A stretch of DNA of 64,000 bases, from the NCBI GenBank assembly GCA_012295275.1, contig CM022670.1:5022001-5086000 (forward strand), given 5' to 3'. The notes under the pieces were generated by a model. It ran no database searches, was not told where the DNA came from, and saw only the letters and a program-made list of their open reading frames with translations. This document shows positions 41,761 through 54,749 of this stretch, one piece after another. The number at the start of each line of letters is the position of its first letter. Position 1 is the stretch's first letter. This DNA is from Chrysomallon squamiferum. Its lineage: Eukaryota > Animalia > Mollusca. Position numbers and translations under genes: made by a program.

Positions 41761-42959
41761 TATTTTCAAGTTGCATGTTTTGTTTCTGAAATAATTTATA
41801 GCTAACAAGTATCGCAAACGATATAACATGGGATAAAAAATACCAGTAATCATAATTTGGAAGTCGTTTGACAGTGGAAAATATATGGACACCTCGAGGG
41901 GGCGAGGGCTTGTATATCATATCATCCTACCTAGTCGATATTATTTATTGATTTGTATAATGCTTTTAAAATTACCTGTTTTATTTTGGATCATAACACC
42001 ACAAAAGCATTTTCTTTGGTCGCAAATATTTTATTCGTTGACTCAAACGCAAAGTGAAATACAGATTAGCTGAATTAAAAACTACGTGGTTTTCAGTGTC
42101 CGTTGTATGCATTAAAAAAGTTGAGTGAAAAACTAAAAATATAAAATACGGATATCGTTCCGTACGTTTTCGAAGATTAAAGGTGATTGAAAAATCACAG
42201 TGTGAAGTGACATATAATTTTATAAATATTTTCATTTTTTGCACTTATTTTTAGTAATACATATTAAACTGAAAAACTGTTCTTTAAAAATATATATTTC
42301 AGGTATTACAGTATTCAGGGCTTGTTAGAGGTGGTCGTGGCCCAAGAGCTAAGAAGGGCCCACAGCAACCATGCATAAATAAACAACTTTAAAACTTTGA
42401 TTTTCACTTCGAATAACTGAATTATAATTTATTTTATTATTATTTTTTTTTTAAATCAGATACATATTTCTCTGAAATGTCAGAAACATTTGTTAAAACG
42501 TAAAACATTAACCACATTCATTGAAATAAAATTACTTAACAAGAAGTCAAACGAATGTGTGAACTATCTTAATAAATTACCTCTACTGAAACATATTAAA
42601 TTCGTATTTTATGTAGAAAATTTCACTGCATGCAGGTTGTTTTAATGAATATTCAGTCTGTTTGCTTTTATAGCCATTAACGCCTTGCACATAAATATAG
42701 GACCAGTTTACGAATATTATTTTTATCTGCGCAAGGTCACAGGAGCTGGTGACGTTAAACAAAATCACCTGACATTTAAACTTGCGTAGCATTTACGTTT
42801 TAGTCGCTAATTTACAGCATTGGTGTGGGTGTCGCGTGTGAACCCTCTGCGACAAAACTGCGCTATAGTATTAAGCCTTTGTCAATTGCTATTTATTTAT
42901 TTATTATATCTGTTGCTTTGTGATTGGGGATGGGAACAAAGTGAAATCGTTACATAAAT

Positions 42960-43195
42960 ACTAATTTCCAGTCAGTGCCCCACGATTCATAATTATACCA
43001 GCTGTGATATATTTTCTTTTCTATCAGAAAATCCAAGTTAACTGAAATATCTCTAACCACGTACCTTGGAGCAGCAACGTTGTTGCATTTAAATTATAAA
43101 TATTAAATCTGACGAGGTATCGTTTTTTTTTTTTTATAAAATATTTTTCGGTTTATTTATCTAATATCGAACATTGAAGTTTATCTGGTAGGAAT
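42960..43195 (+). repeat. Left arm of an approximately 230-bp inverted repeat pair
   Basis: ..aaccacgtaccttggagcagcaacgttgttgcatt..aaattataaatattaaatctgacgag.. is the reverse complement of sequence within 46243-46472. Confidence 0.9.
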
Positions 43196-43983
43196 CTCCC
43201 CTCACGCCAGAGTAAAAGCAGACTGAAAAAGACGGAGTAAAATGAATGTCACATGGCTGTTAACTTTGCAGCTGGTACTTGATTTCTCTAGTTGTTAAAA
43301 TCACATGGATCAATAAATCATGCAACAGACGTTCGTCAATTAGGCCACTGTATTAAATTGTTAAAGTGAAAATTAAAAGAACATTTATTCTCTCTCTTTC
43401 TCATATTATTTTTAGAATGCTAGAAAAATAATGTAAAACATTAAAACTTATGTTAAATATAAAAAAAAAATATTAAAATCACTTGAATGTCTCCATCATG
43501 TTTTCTGTTCGCATGCAAAATAAATATGTGAGTCATATGACCTACATGTACACATGGATGGAATTACTTTTCTTCTAGTTTTATGCAAGAACTCTGATCC
43601 ATTTAATTGTGTATGCAATAATAGATCCCATAACAATTTGTGCATGATTTTAAATGAATGAGTCATACTAATGGGAGTAACATAAGTATATATTGTCCTG
43701 AATGAATCTTTTAATAATAAGAAGAAAACTACAACAAAAACAACAACGCGGCCCATTTTTTTTTTTTTTTTTTTTTTTGATTTATAGAAATACCAACGTG
43801 CAGAGTTCATTTTATCCGAAAAGTATATTAACTTGATACAGATATAATAATTTCGTAAAATGAAAATAGGCTTTTGACATTTTTCTGTGTATTTTAAATT
43901 AAACTAAATGTGCTTAAATAATTTACCTTTATAGAACTTAAGAAACACTGAAGTATAAATATAAAATTAAAATATTGATACTG

Positions 43984-43986
<3 letters not shown>

Positions 43987-44075
<89 letters not shown>
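43987..44075. repeat. (CT)n(GT)n microsatellite
   Basis: Directly visible. Confidence 0.95.
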
Positions 44076-44835
44076 TAAATAAGTAAAATTAATTTGTAGA
44101 TCAAGGTAGACCAGTATGTACAAATTAAATAACAATAAATTTAGTTAAATAAACAAATAAACAAGAATCCTTATTATATCTGTAACAAGCACTGTGTATT
44201 TTGCTTTTTAAACTTTTGCTGTTGTCGCTATATAAGTGATTACAAATAAATATGTGAAAATGAACACTCACCTCGAAAATTCCGTATACGAACTTTTGTT
44301 AAGAACAATAACTCCCTATATACAGGATTAAAAGTTCGCCATCTCAGGCATCTGCTGCCTATATTCCAGCAACAGATGACAATATTCAGGTCACGAATTG
44401 CCCATTGACAATAGTGCAAAGGATTAACATTTTCCACGCGTTCACATTTGTATAAATAACAACATTAATGCGCAACAAACCTGACTGGAAGAACGGCAGA
44501 CGTATTTTCGTGATTTGCCGCCAGAACCCAAAAGGAAATCTGGACACGGGAAACAAAAAGCGCTAATCAGACGCACATTTGGATTAAAATAAAAAAAGAA
44601 TTTTGACAACAAGCGACATGTTAAAATCAAGCTGAATGTTATTAGAATTATGTTTTAACCATGTTGTTAAGCTGTATTAAGTGTACTAAAGTAAAATCGA
44701 TTCGTTAAATGGTGTCAAAAGTGGAGGGGCATGCCTAAAACCTAGCACACAAACACTTGGCTAGGATATTTACAGCACTGAAACACCTAAGCGGGTTCAG
44801 GATGGATGAAAATAATCTGGATTCCTTTTAGTTAG

Positions 44836-44882
<47 letters not shown>

Positions 44883-46242
44883 AAAAATATTGGATCAATT
44901 CTTGGTAATTCTGCCATGAACCAAGAAGATAAACCTTTTTCTGGTCTGTTATAATACTTAAATCTTACATTACACGAAAAATGATGTACGTGTAGAGTTT
45001 TAATTAATGCGTTCTGATTGTTACTAGCGAAATTTTACGACTTCCGCAAGTAAACTATTCAGTACTTTTTAAACTTTTCATGCTGTCACACAAATTATTA
45101 AGAATGAAAACAATAAGCGAAATGAGACTGAACGCAAGAAGCCAAACATTCATAGGAACAATAATTATTTAATATAATATAATTTTCTTATAAAATGTAA
45201 CAGCGAACTGTGATGACTTTCAATAATTGTGATTTAAAGTGTCACTAATTATTATTTTTTCCTCGTGGAATTTAGTACGTTAATGCCAGGCAAATAAAAC
45301 AACTTGCAACCAACATTCTTTTAAACTTTTTTTTTTTACTTCACAATATTAAGATTAATGCGTTAATTCAATCTTTAATTTTAATTTTAATAATTATTAT
45401 TATTAAGACAGTTATTATTACTGACCGTTATTATTATTATTATTACTTTTTTTTATCATCACCATCATCATCTATGAGATTGTCTAATAACATATTTTCA
45501 AGGAATAAACAGCACAATGGTTTATTAGACGTTCGAGAGGTGCTGGACCGGTTGGTCACAAAGGAAGATGTTCTGCATAGGCTGATTAATATACACACAT
45601 TTGTCTTTTCCCTTTACATTTTTTTTTTTTTTTCCATCATTCTGAAAACAATAATGACTTTTACTCAGTACAAACAGAAATAAACTTTAAAAATGTTTTC
45701 AGTGAGGTTTCATGAAGAATAATCATAGAGCATTCTAAATTAATGTAATTCAGATGCAAAGCAAACACAGTCGCCATTTAACGCTGTGGCGTTAAATTAA
45801 AACTGATTTCGTTTGCGTCTGCGTTATTATTTATAAGTGAGTATCCTTTATTTGATTTTACTTTGTTTTTCCTGTTTCAAAATTTAGCAAAAGTAAAAAA
45901 AAGCAAAGAGGTTTCGGATCAAAAATTTTCAAAAGTTGTACTTAATAATTATAATATACATTAATATTGTTAGTTTTTAAATCATGTTTTCGAAGAATGA
46001 TATTTCCATTCGATATAAATTTGCAGAAGTATTTAAATTTCCGTTGAGTAATTTAATTTTAATTTTAATTGCATTCAGGTCAAAATAAATGACACTGAAC
46101 CATATTTTAAGTGGAAAAAGAATACCAATAAGACGGTACATATAGATGCCTCCTGTGATATGTCATTGAAACGTGTTTAAAAGAGAGAGACAGATTTAAT
46201 TTTATAGTTGACAGCCATTTTATTCCGTCTTTTTCAATCTGC

Positions 46243-46472
46243 TTCTATCCTGATAAACTGTTCAATGTTCGATATGAGATAAATAAACGAAAAAATATTT
46301 TATATAAAACGAAATCTCGTCAGATTTAATATTTATAATTTCAATGCAACAACGTTGCTGCTCCAAGGTACGTGGTTTGAGATCTTTCACTTAACTTGGA
46401 TTTTCTGATAGAAAAGAAAATATATCAAATCTGACAGTTATGAATTGTGGGGAAATGACTGGAAATTAATAT
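46243..46472 (-). repeat. Right arm of the approximately 230-bp inverted repeat pair
   Basis: ctcgtcagatttaatatttataattt..aatgcaacaacgttgctgctccaaggtacgtggtt..ttaacttggattttctgatagaaaagaaaatatatca mirrors 42960-43195. Confidence 0.9.
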
Positions 46473-46639
46473 ACATAGCTAGATGAACATTTATTTAACA
46501 CCTATAAACGGTTATTATTTATTTATTTGTCTATAATGATGTGTGAGAGAATATCTTTAGCTTGGAAAAAATTTTTTAGTTAGTTTTCTCTGATATATAC
46601 ATTGAAGTGCTATGAGAAGAGCCCAGTGAAAGTAACAAA

Positions 46640-46642
<3 letters not shown>

Positions 46643-46727
<85 letters not shown>
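46643..46727. repeat. (CT)n microsatellite
   Basis: Directly visible. Confidence 0.95.
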
Positions 46728-46730
<3 letters not shown>

Positions 46731-49700
46731 TGAATTCAAATAACCTATATGACTAAATAAGGACTTAGCAATAAAGTTATATGTACCATACTGCAGCCTT
46801 TGATAAAATGTGGACCTATTGCTGGGATAGCAGATGGTCCCCAGATTATTCTCTGGATGTATCCTGTACAAGCACCAGGAAAGGCAGCATCAGATTTCCT
46901 TTTTCATATAATTATTTGATCAAAGAAAAAAAGAAAAATAATGTTTGAGGCCTAAAAACTATTTATAATATAAACTTTGAGGAGTTTGTTACAGTCATAG
47001 TCGAAAGAAAAAAAAAAAAAAATTCTCTATCATTTGAAATTCACTGATAGTCTTCTCTTCTCTCGCTCTCACCATTCCTCTCTCTTACCATATATTTATA
47101 AAAATAAGATTACTAAATTTTATATATATGTTATAAAAAGAATAGGATATGATTTGGGAAATAAAATTTAGGAGTCGGAGAGACTCAGCGAAATATTTGG
47201 ACGCGTAACATTTATTTTAAATTTCGTAATAATTATGTTACTTGCCGAATACATTGATGTTGAGAAATCTACACATCGTTAATTTAATACTTTTGGTTAC
47301 ATCTGGTCTGAATTTTGAGTACATCAAGACTCACCTCGACATGATCCAGTCAAACGATATTTTACGTGTCACGAATACTCAAACCGTGGCTAGATTCTGA
47401 AGTAGTGGAACAACATCACTTAACACACTACTGGATTAATTTCAGGTAACTCTGTCAGCGTCTCACTGTTGCAGCGTATTAACAGAAAAAAATGTGCAGT
47501 CATTTTAATGAGGTTCGTGAGTCGCAAATGCGTAATTTTAGATACACGAACATTGTTCAAGTGAAGCTCGCTATTTTTAATCTGTACTATCATTTACAAT
47601 GACACTTCAAATTACAGAGATAAAATTTTTAGCGTTTGCAAGTGCACGAAGATCAACAGTGTTGAAACTGGAGTTGATTACTAATTAAAGTAAGCGACAT
47701 TAAAATGAAGCAAGAGAACACTATCAGATTCATCCACAAGAGTGCCGTCCTTCGTCAGAATTTCCGTTCATCCGCGGAAAGCTCTCAAAAACACTGACAA
47801 TTTTGTGTAGAATAACAAAACAGCACGATATTTTACACGTTATCATTTACGCCTAGTAATTCTTTATATTCCCAGTCCTATTGATTTTAAATTTTTATAC
47901 AGTAAGTGTAAGAACGAATAATAATAATAATAATAATAAAGTTATTTTTAATTAAGTTTAAAATAAACTACCATCATTTTTAAAACGAAAATGAAAAACG
48001 AACGAGTGAATAATACTTTTAAAGTTCAGAGAGCCCTTTATTTGAAATACAGGACTTGCCATTGCTTTTAATTAATTTCCGCTAAAATTATGTGCAAAAT
48101 AAGCGAAACTCTTTACAGCTGTTTTTGTTTGTTTCCTGACCTGATAAATATTTTCACTCGTCAGATGTTATTGTGTTTCATTATACTGCATACGAATGTG
48201 ACTCACCGTTCATGATTGATTATACCCATTTATTTGGCAACTTTCCACTCATATACGAGGTATTTATCATACTGTAATTACATATTGTGTATTAGTTTAT
48301 TTACTCTATTATTTTTTTTTACATTACTATTGATATACTATTCTCGATATTGCTTATAAAAACTGCAGCAGTTGTTAATTTTAGTAGACGAGGTAGCAAC
48401 ATTAACAGTCACGACAAAAACTATTAAAAAGAAGATTGCAATGTGTCCATGACCTGAAAATTTACATTCTGAATGAATTATCTCTTTTCTCTATCCTGAA
48501 ATATTTCACATTGCCAGACTGCAATTCTGTTGGCCTCCTGTAATATATGCAAAGCAAAATAATGCACACAAAATACTTAAACTTTCAAGTCTATCTCTGG
48601 AAGCCCAAGAGGTGCAACACCTTCAACCCATGCATTAATCTTAATATACAAATAAACCAGTGAACTGGTAAATAAATAAATAAAATAAATAATTAGCTAT
48701 AAATAATTTTTTTAAAGTTGTCACAACTGAAATATTCAATGAAAGATAAGAAAAACAATTCAGGATTAAATAACAAAAATAATTTAAGCAAATTATAAAT
48801 ACATGTGTAAATATAAACTTTGGTTAGTTGTGTTCTGATGACCTTGTAGACATAAAAAGTAATCACACAATTGACTGTTGTCCTACCAGAACTGAAAATA
48901 AACATTTATGTAACGGACAATATTAATAATTTTAGCTATCAGAAAAATGTTTTCATTATAATTTCATTTTTGCCATTTAATAAATGTTATTTGTGCATAC
49001 TGGATATTAAACAAATCATTTTTAATCTTGTTTTTTTTACTCTGAAAAATGATCATAAATATAATCTTAATAATAATATTAACAAATAAGTAATATCAGC
49101 ATTTGTTATTAAATTCTTGTGACTCCTACATTTTATTCACACATTTAAATTACAATAAAGTGGTTAATTTCATGAATCTATAAGGTAAAATATACAGGTT
49201 ATGAATTTCCCAAAAGGAAAACAGACAAAAAAACCCAACAGTATACAATAATAAATTAATTCTCAAAAACTCTGTTGTATTCCTTGCCACATCAAAAGAT
49301 TCAGTTTCTCAAAATATACTAGATGCACACACAAAATGCTTTTCTAAATCCAAAATATACTTAAGTTTTACAGCAACAGAAAAATCTGGAAAGCTGTTGA
49401 GCAAAATGTGTTTTGAATTATATTAAAATAAAATAAATTTAAGAACTAATGTATCATTTGTATGAATTAAATGCATTTATATAACTTAATAATATTTCTA
49501 ATCTGAAAAAAGTTAATGAACACTCAGATCAGAAATAATTTAAGATTAACAACATAACAAAGAATGTTTGAATTAAAAAGAGAATAATTATTTTTAAATT
49601 ATTATATTTTGTTAAAACTGTATAAAATTCAAATTATTCCTAAATAGTGAGGTGATACATTATGAGATTTTTAAGCACATCAGAATACAAAGAAAACTTC

Positions 49701-50470
49701 AAACACCCCATATCTGCTTTAAATGCATAATTGTTTAGAGTTTCTTTAAAGATGACTTATTGACATAGGCACAATTAATGAATAACGCATTAATGAATCA
49801 TATTTACAGTAATTAAATCACATTATTAAAGTGTTTTTACACTGCATGCTGCTTTTAAACAAAACTTACAAACATTAAAAATTTAATGTCAGTGACAATA
49901 ACTGAAAGTTCTCTGTGGATGTTACTGACAAAACTTTCACAAACATTTAGTAATATCTTGACTGATAATAACAGTTGTTTGCTGTCACAAATACGGTTTT
50001 TACAAGGTATTTAGAGGTAAACCTGCTGTTGCATCTACATTGGTTATTCATATAAATAACATATTTTAGGCATGCTAATGACAAACAACAAATAATCATT
50101 TGATGAAAATCTTATGGCATAAACTGGACAGGAAAATGGCCACAATACAGCTTTAAGGAGTTTTGATTTAGTCACCAAATCTTACACAACTGTCTCAGCA
50201 TAAAGTTACTGCCCAAACATAGTTCAGTATTTATTATTAATGTTTAACTTAGATTCAGCCTCACAGTCTTTATCAATCATCAGTTAAATACCAGTTATGT
50301 CCATATTAATAAAATATTTCCAATCAATTATTATATTCACAACTGTTTTGAATAACATAAATTTAATTTAAATGATTTTATTATTCTGTATATTTTTTCT
50401 CTAAAACCTAATAAAAGATTCCCAAGCTTCAGATCTTCAGTAGAGTGAATTTTGTAAAATGGAGATGCTG

Positions 50471-51719
50471 TCAGGAATTATCTGTTCTTTGATTTATGTT
50501 GCGAGATCCCATGGACATTTGGTTTTCTCTTGCCTTTTGAGCTTGTTGTTTTTGTAAGAACTGAATCACTTCAGGAGATCGTAGTAATGCCTGGAAAACA
50601 AAAATAAAACATAACTATACAACAACAATAATAATAATAAATATATTAAATAAAAATATAAAAATAGATAAATGAATAAATAAAATAAGATAAAAAGAAA
50701 AAAATCGCTCATAAAATTTTCTACAAATTGAAATCTCCTTGCATTTCCTGTTTTGTGGTAATGGTTCAGGGGAGGCAACTGTTTCCTGAGGGTTGACTAT
50801 AGTTTCTGGCCTGGATAAATCAAATTCCATTATTATTATTTTTTTTAAAAACATAAATAAATAAAATAAAAGTTAATAAAAAAAATGAAAAAAATATACA
50901 GTTATAAAAATTTCATCCTTCCTAAAACTGTTAATAAAAATACTTTTGTCTAAGTACAAATGTTTTATTTTTTACACTATTTAATATATTAGTATTAATA
51001 CTTCTTAGGCATCAAACATGTATTGTTATACAGAAATATACCAAACTTGCATAGAGGATGCTGGTTTCTTTTACTGTATTTTTTTCTATAATCATAATTA
51101 TTAACTCAAAGTAAATTTAAAAAAAGAAAAGGAAAAAGAAAATTGCAGCATATGATTCAGGATAGTTGGGGTTAAGTTTAATCTTTCTTAGTATTCTGTT
51201 TTGATCAGCTTGCAAAAGACTGCTTGATGATAATCTGTGACAGTAATCAATCAAAAACTAGCAACAGATTTTATCTTTCATACCCTCACCAACCTGTTTT
51301 TTTTTTTTTTTAAATAATAAATTTAAAAGAGAAATGTGTTATGGTATTGATAAATCTGCAATTATTAATTTATTTGAGTTAGATGGAAGCTATATTAAAA
51401 TAAATACCAGTTTCTTTTCTGTAAGTACATCTTCCAACATACTCGAGACAGGAGCATTTTTGAAACCAGGCTCAGCAGATTCTGGAGTTACTGAACCTGA
51501 CAGGTGGCGCAGTGTGTCTTCAACAGAGAAACACTCAACAAAATCTGAAGATGCTCCATTCTGAAAATGTAATTTGTAAAGCGACACATAATTACACTGA
51601 TATTAAAACAATATCATTTTTAATTTAAAAAAAACAAAAAAAAAAACATTTGACTGTGTATTTACTCAGCAGTCAGAAATTTGTTGTAAAACACAAAGAA
51701 ATTGAACCAAACAAAACTA

Positions 51720-51750
<31 letters not shown>

Positions 51751-52189
51751 AACACACACCACATCAAATACTCACCTCACTTTTACTTCTTGGTCGACGA
51801 GACTGATTTGTACTGTTCAGTTTTGAAGACTGCCGTATCTTTTTAGGAGTGGTCTCTGTAGAGTTATTTCCCTTGTCACTCTGACCAGTTTCTGAATCGG
51901 TCTGTGATCTTTTCTTTCCTTGTTCAGAATCACTTCTGTCTTTATTCTGTTCCATTTCAACAGTGATACATGTCACATCCTGTGAAGTGTTCATGTCCAT
52001 GTTATCATCTTTATTTGTTACAGTCAAATTTGTTGTGTCCACATTAGCAACAACCACATAACTCAGCTGAGGAGTATTCACAGTACTCAGAGTCACAGAA
52101 CCAAGAATGGGGTCCTGAGATGGGTTAGTGTCTAAGACCACCATTTTGGATTCTTCTGGTTTAGCTTCAGAAATTTGTGAATCCATCAT
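50471..52189 (-). CDS. RFXAP: RFXAP-like protein (regulatory factor X-associated protein), about 228 aa
   Basis: Exons 51776-52189, 51408-51560 and 50471-50590, all phase 0. The spliced C-terminus SMLEDVLTEKKL|ALLRSPEVIQFLQKQQ matches the human RFXAP C-terminal motif as recalled (LLEQVLNQKRLSLLRSPEVVQFLQKQQ). A basic NLS-like stretch lies upstream. The true start codon is uncertain. Confidence 0.85.
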
Positions 52190-52489
52190 CTGATATCTAA
52201 AGCAGGAATTTTATTAATTTTACTTTTATAATTTGGAAACAGTATTCTTTGGGGTTTTTTTTACTGTTATTTGTGCAAGGTATAATAAATTGAAAAAAAA
52301 AGAAGAAATATGCCTCTGCATATAAACTTTACCCTCCAACAAGCATAAAGTATTCTTAAAACAAACGAACAAAACAATTATTAAAAAATAAGTATCTAAG
52401 TGTATCTGTTGTTATGCATTTTGAATGTACAGTATAAAATGTGTTTTACCTCTTATTTCTGTTAGTGTTATTTGATAAACAGTTTTCAT

Positions 52490-54749
52490 TTAAGCAATAG
52501 CAAGATCAGTTTTTGTTGGAGCATGAACCTTTTCTCCAACCATAAAATCCTCCTAAAAAACAAAAAAACACATCTGAAAATATATTCATAGACACATTCA
52601 CACATATACATATGAAGATTATACTTTATAGCTTTCTGCATTAATGAAATTGAATTATGAGCATTGTTTTTATCTTCTCAAATATCATAAGGGTTAGATT
52701 AATGAGCAGACTGATTATGTACTTTATAAATATAATACACCAAAAAAAGACAAAAAAAAAAAAAAAAAAAAAAATAAATTTCTGCATTAATGAAATTGGA
52801 TATAAATAAGCAGAAAGTGTAGAAAATAAATAAAATGTGCATTAACATAGGTAAAAACTAAGCTGCCATTAAGTCAGTGAACAGCCTTATAAAGCAATGC
52901 TTGTCTGCAGCAACCAGGTCAAAGAATCAATCATCATTTATTTTATTTTGCTACAAGTATCCATCCCATAACATTCTAGTGTATTAACGAGTTATTTAAA
53001 ATTGCTTTTCTATTTTTTATATTATGCATAAACATACTTTAAAATGTTACCAGAATTATCAGTATCTTTATGACTGATGTGGTTATTACCATTTAAGACA
53101 AAGAAAAGGGAACAACAGGAACAGATGATACCCTGCCTGTGCTGTGGATACAAAAACATGATGCATTACACAAGAGATTCTGTTATATATTTCTTTCACT
53201 TAGTATGTTGTGTATTAGTCAAAGTGGTTATTATAAGTGTAGGGGGAAGTAAGAATTGTGAAAGTTGGAGAAATCATGACATGTATACTAAATAGGTTAA
53301 AACTGCATACTTACTGGATCATATATAACTTTGACAAGAAGAGAACAGCTGGGACATTTGGCTACATCTTCACCTGCTTCCAGTTCCTCCTAGAATAATA
53401 AAAATATTACTAATAAAAAAAAATAATAATAATAATAATAAAAAATATATATATGTATATATATAAATGATATACTGAAATCACACATATTAATGACACT
53501 GACATTTGAATACAAATTTATTAGAAAATGTGTGCATGTGTATGTGTTGTTTTCAGTCTAATAATACTGATAATTAACTGAGAACTGAAAAGAAATTTAT
53601 AACATTTTTGGACAAACCACAGAAAGAAATGATTATACAGATTTACTAAAATAAATGTAAATTATTACTTAGTTTATACATAAATGTATTAACATTATTA
53701 TTTAATATATTATTATGACATAAAAATTAATGGCAGTTTAACTGATTTACATAAAGGTAGGTCTTATCATGTTATATATTTATTTCAAGGGAGGATGTCA
53801 AATTGGCATTGCATTTTATGTGCAAATAGATGCTATTTAAAATAATTATATTATTAAATTTATACTAATGCATCCTTTGATGTTAATGATAAAATACTAG
53901 AATATTAATCAAGCCTAATCTGATATATATATACAAACACAATGCAACATTTAGTCTTACTGATTTTTGATTGTAAGTGCAGTTTTTGAGGCCATCACGC
54001 TTAAATGGATTACATGATTTTCAACTGACACTACCTGCATAGATGGTTAATTAACAATAGTTATAACAAAGTAAACTGATACATGATAATCAAAAACTAA
54101 AATAACAAATATTACAGATTTTAGTTTATTTTATAAAACTTTTTTCTTGATTTTCAAAAAAACAATGATAATAATTTATACATTCGTAACATTCACTTTG
54201 ATATGTTTTAATTAAAAAGATAAGGAATTTTAAACAGCATCTAGCTGCACGTAAAATGTATGGCTATTTGGCCCATGCGGAAAATTAATTTACTTTGTAA
54301 TTTAGGCCGATTTCGCCCTTGGCGAGATGATGCTCGGCTAATGATACATATGATTGAATGATTGATGGATCGACTTGGACCGAGATCGATAGATTCCATT
54401 TAAAGTAACTTAGTAAGAACAATAAATGCTGTGACAATGGCAACATAAATGTCTATCACGTTCCATAATTATAAGTACAATACAACGTTAACTGTTATGA
54501 TTGCATGAAGGTTGATCAGTTCATGAAAGTTTTGAAACGATCACTTCACTCATCAATTCAGTCATCAATGTCGATGACACATTAACTGATTCAGTGACAT
54601 TGTAACTTGTTGTAGTTGTTGTATCATCACTGAAACATTACCTTTGTAATTTCAAATTTATCTCCACACGGACAAGGATAGTAATATGTTTCAGTCTCTT
54701 CATCATATTCCATGTCTTCAATTTCGATTTCGTCGTGAAAAACAGACAT
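52490..54749 (-). CDS. DPH3: Diphthamide biosynthesis protein 3 (CSL zinc finger, KTI11), 81 aa
   Basis: Exons 54642-54749 ([36 protein letters not shown]), 53315-53389 ([25 protein letters not shown]) and 52490-52552 ([20 protein letters not shown]). CPCG..CPSCSL signature present. Not shown in the ORF track. Confidence 0.96.

Noticed and set aside
43938-46871. RE-repeat ORFs at 43938 and 46557
   Set aside because: Translations of (CT)n microsatellites.
52210-52215. AATAAA (minus strand) just before the RFXAP acceptor, suggesting an SL1-type trans-spliced operon
   Set aside because: A good cis donor at 52449 explains the acceptor, and AATAAA is frequent at this AT content. It remains possible only as a DPH3-only poly(A) signal.
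54296-54400. CpG-rich patch in DPH3 intron 1 with TGATG motifs (possible snoRNA or repeat remnant)
   Set aside because: No clear paired C/D boxes with a terminal stem; cannot be classified by eye.
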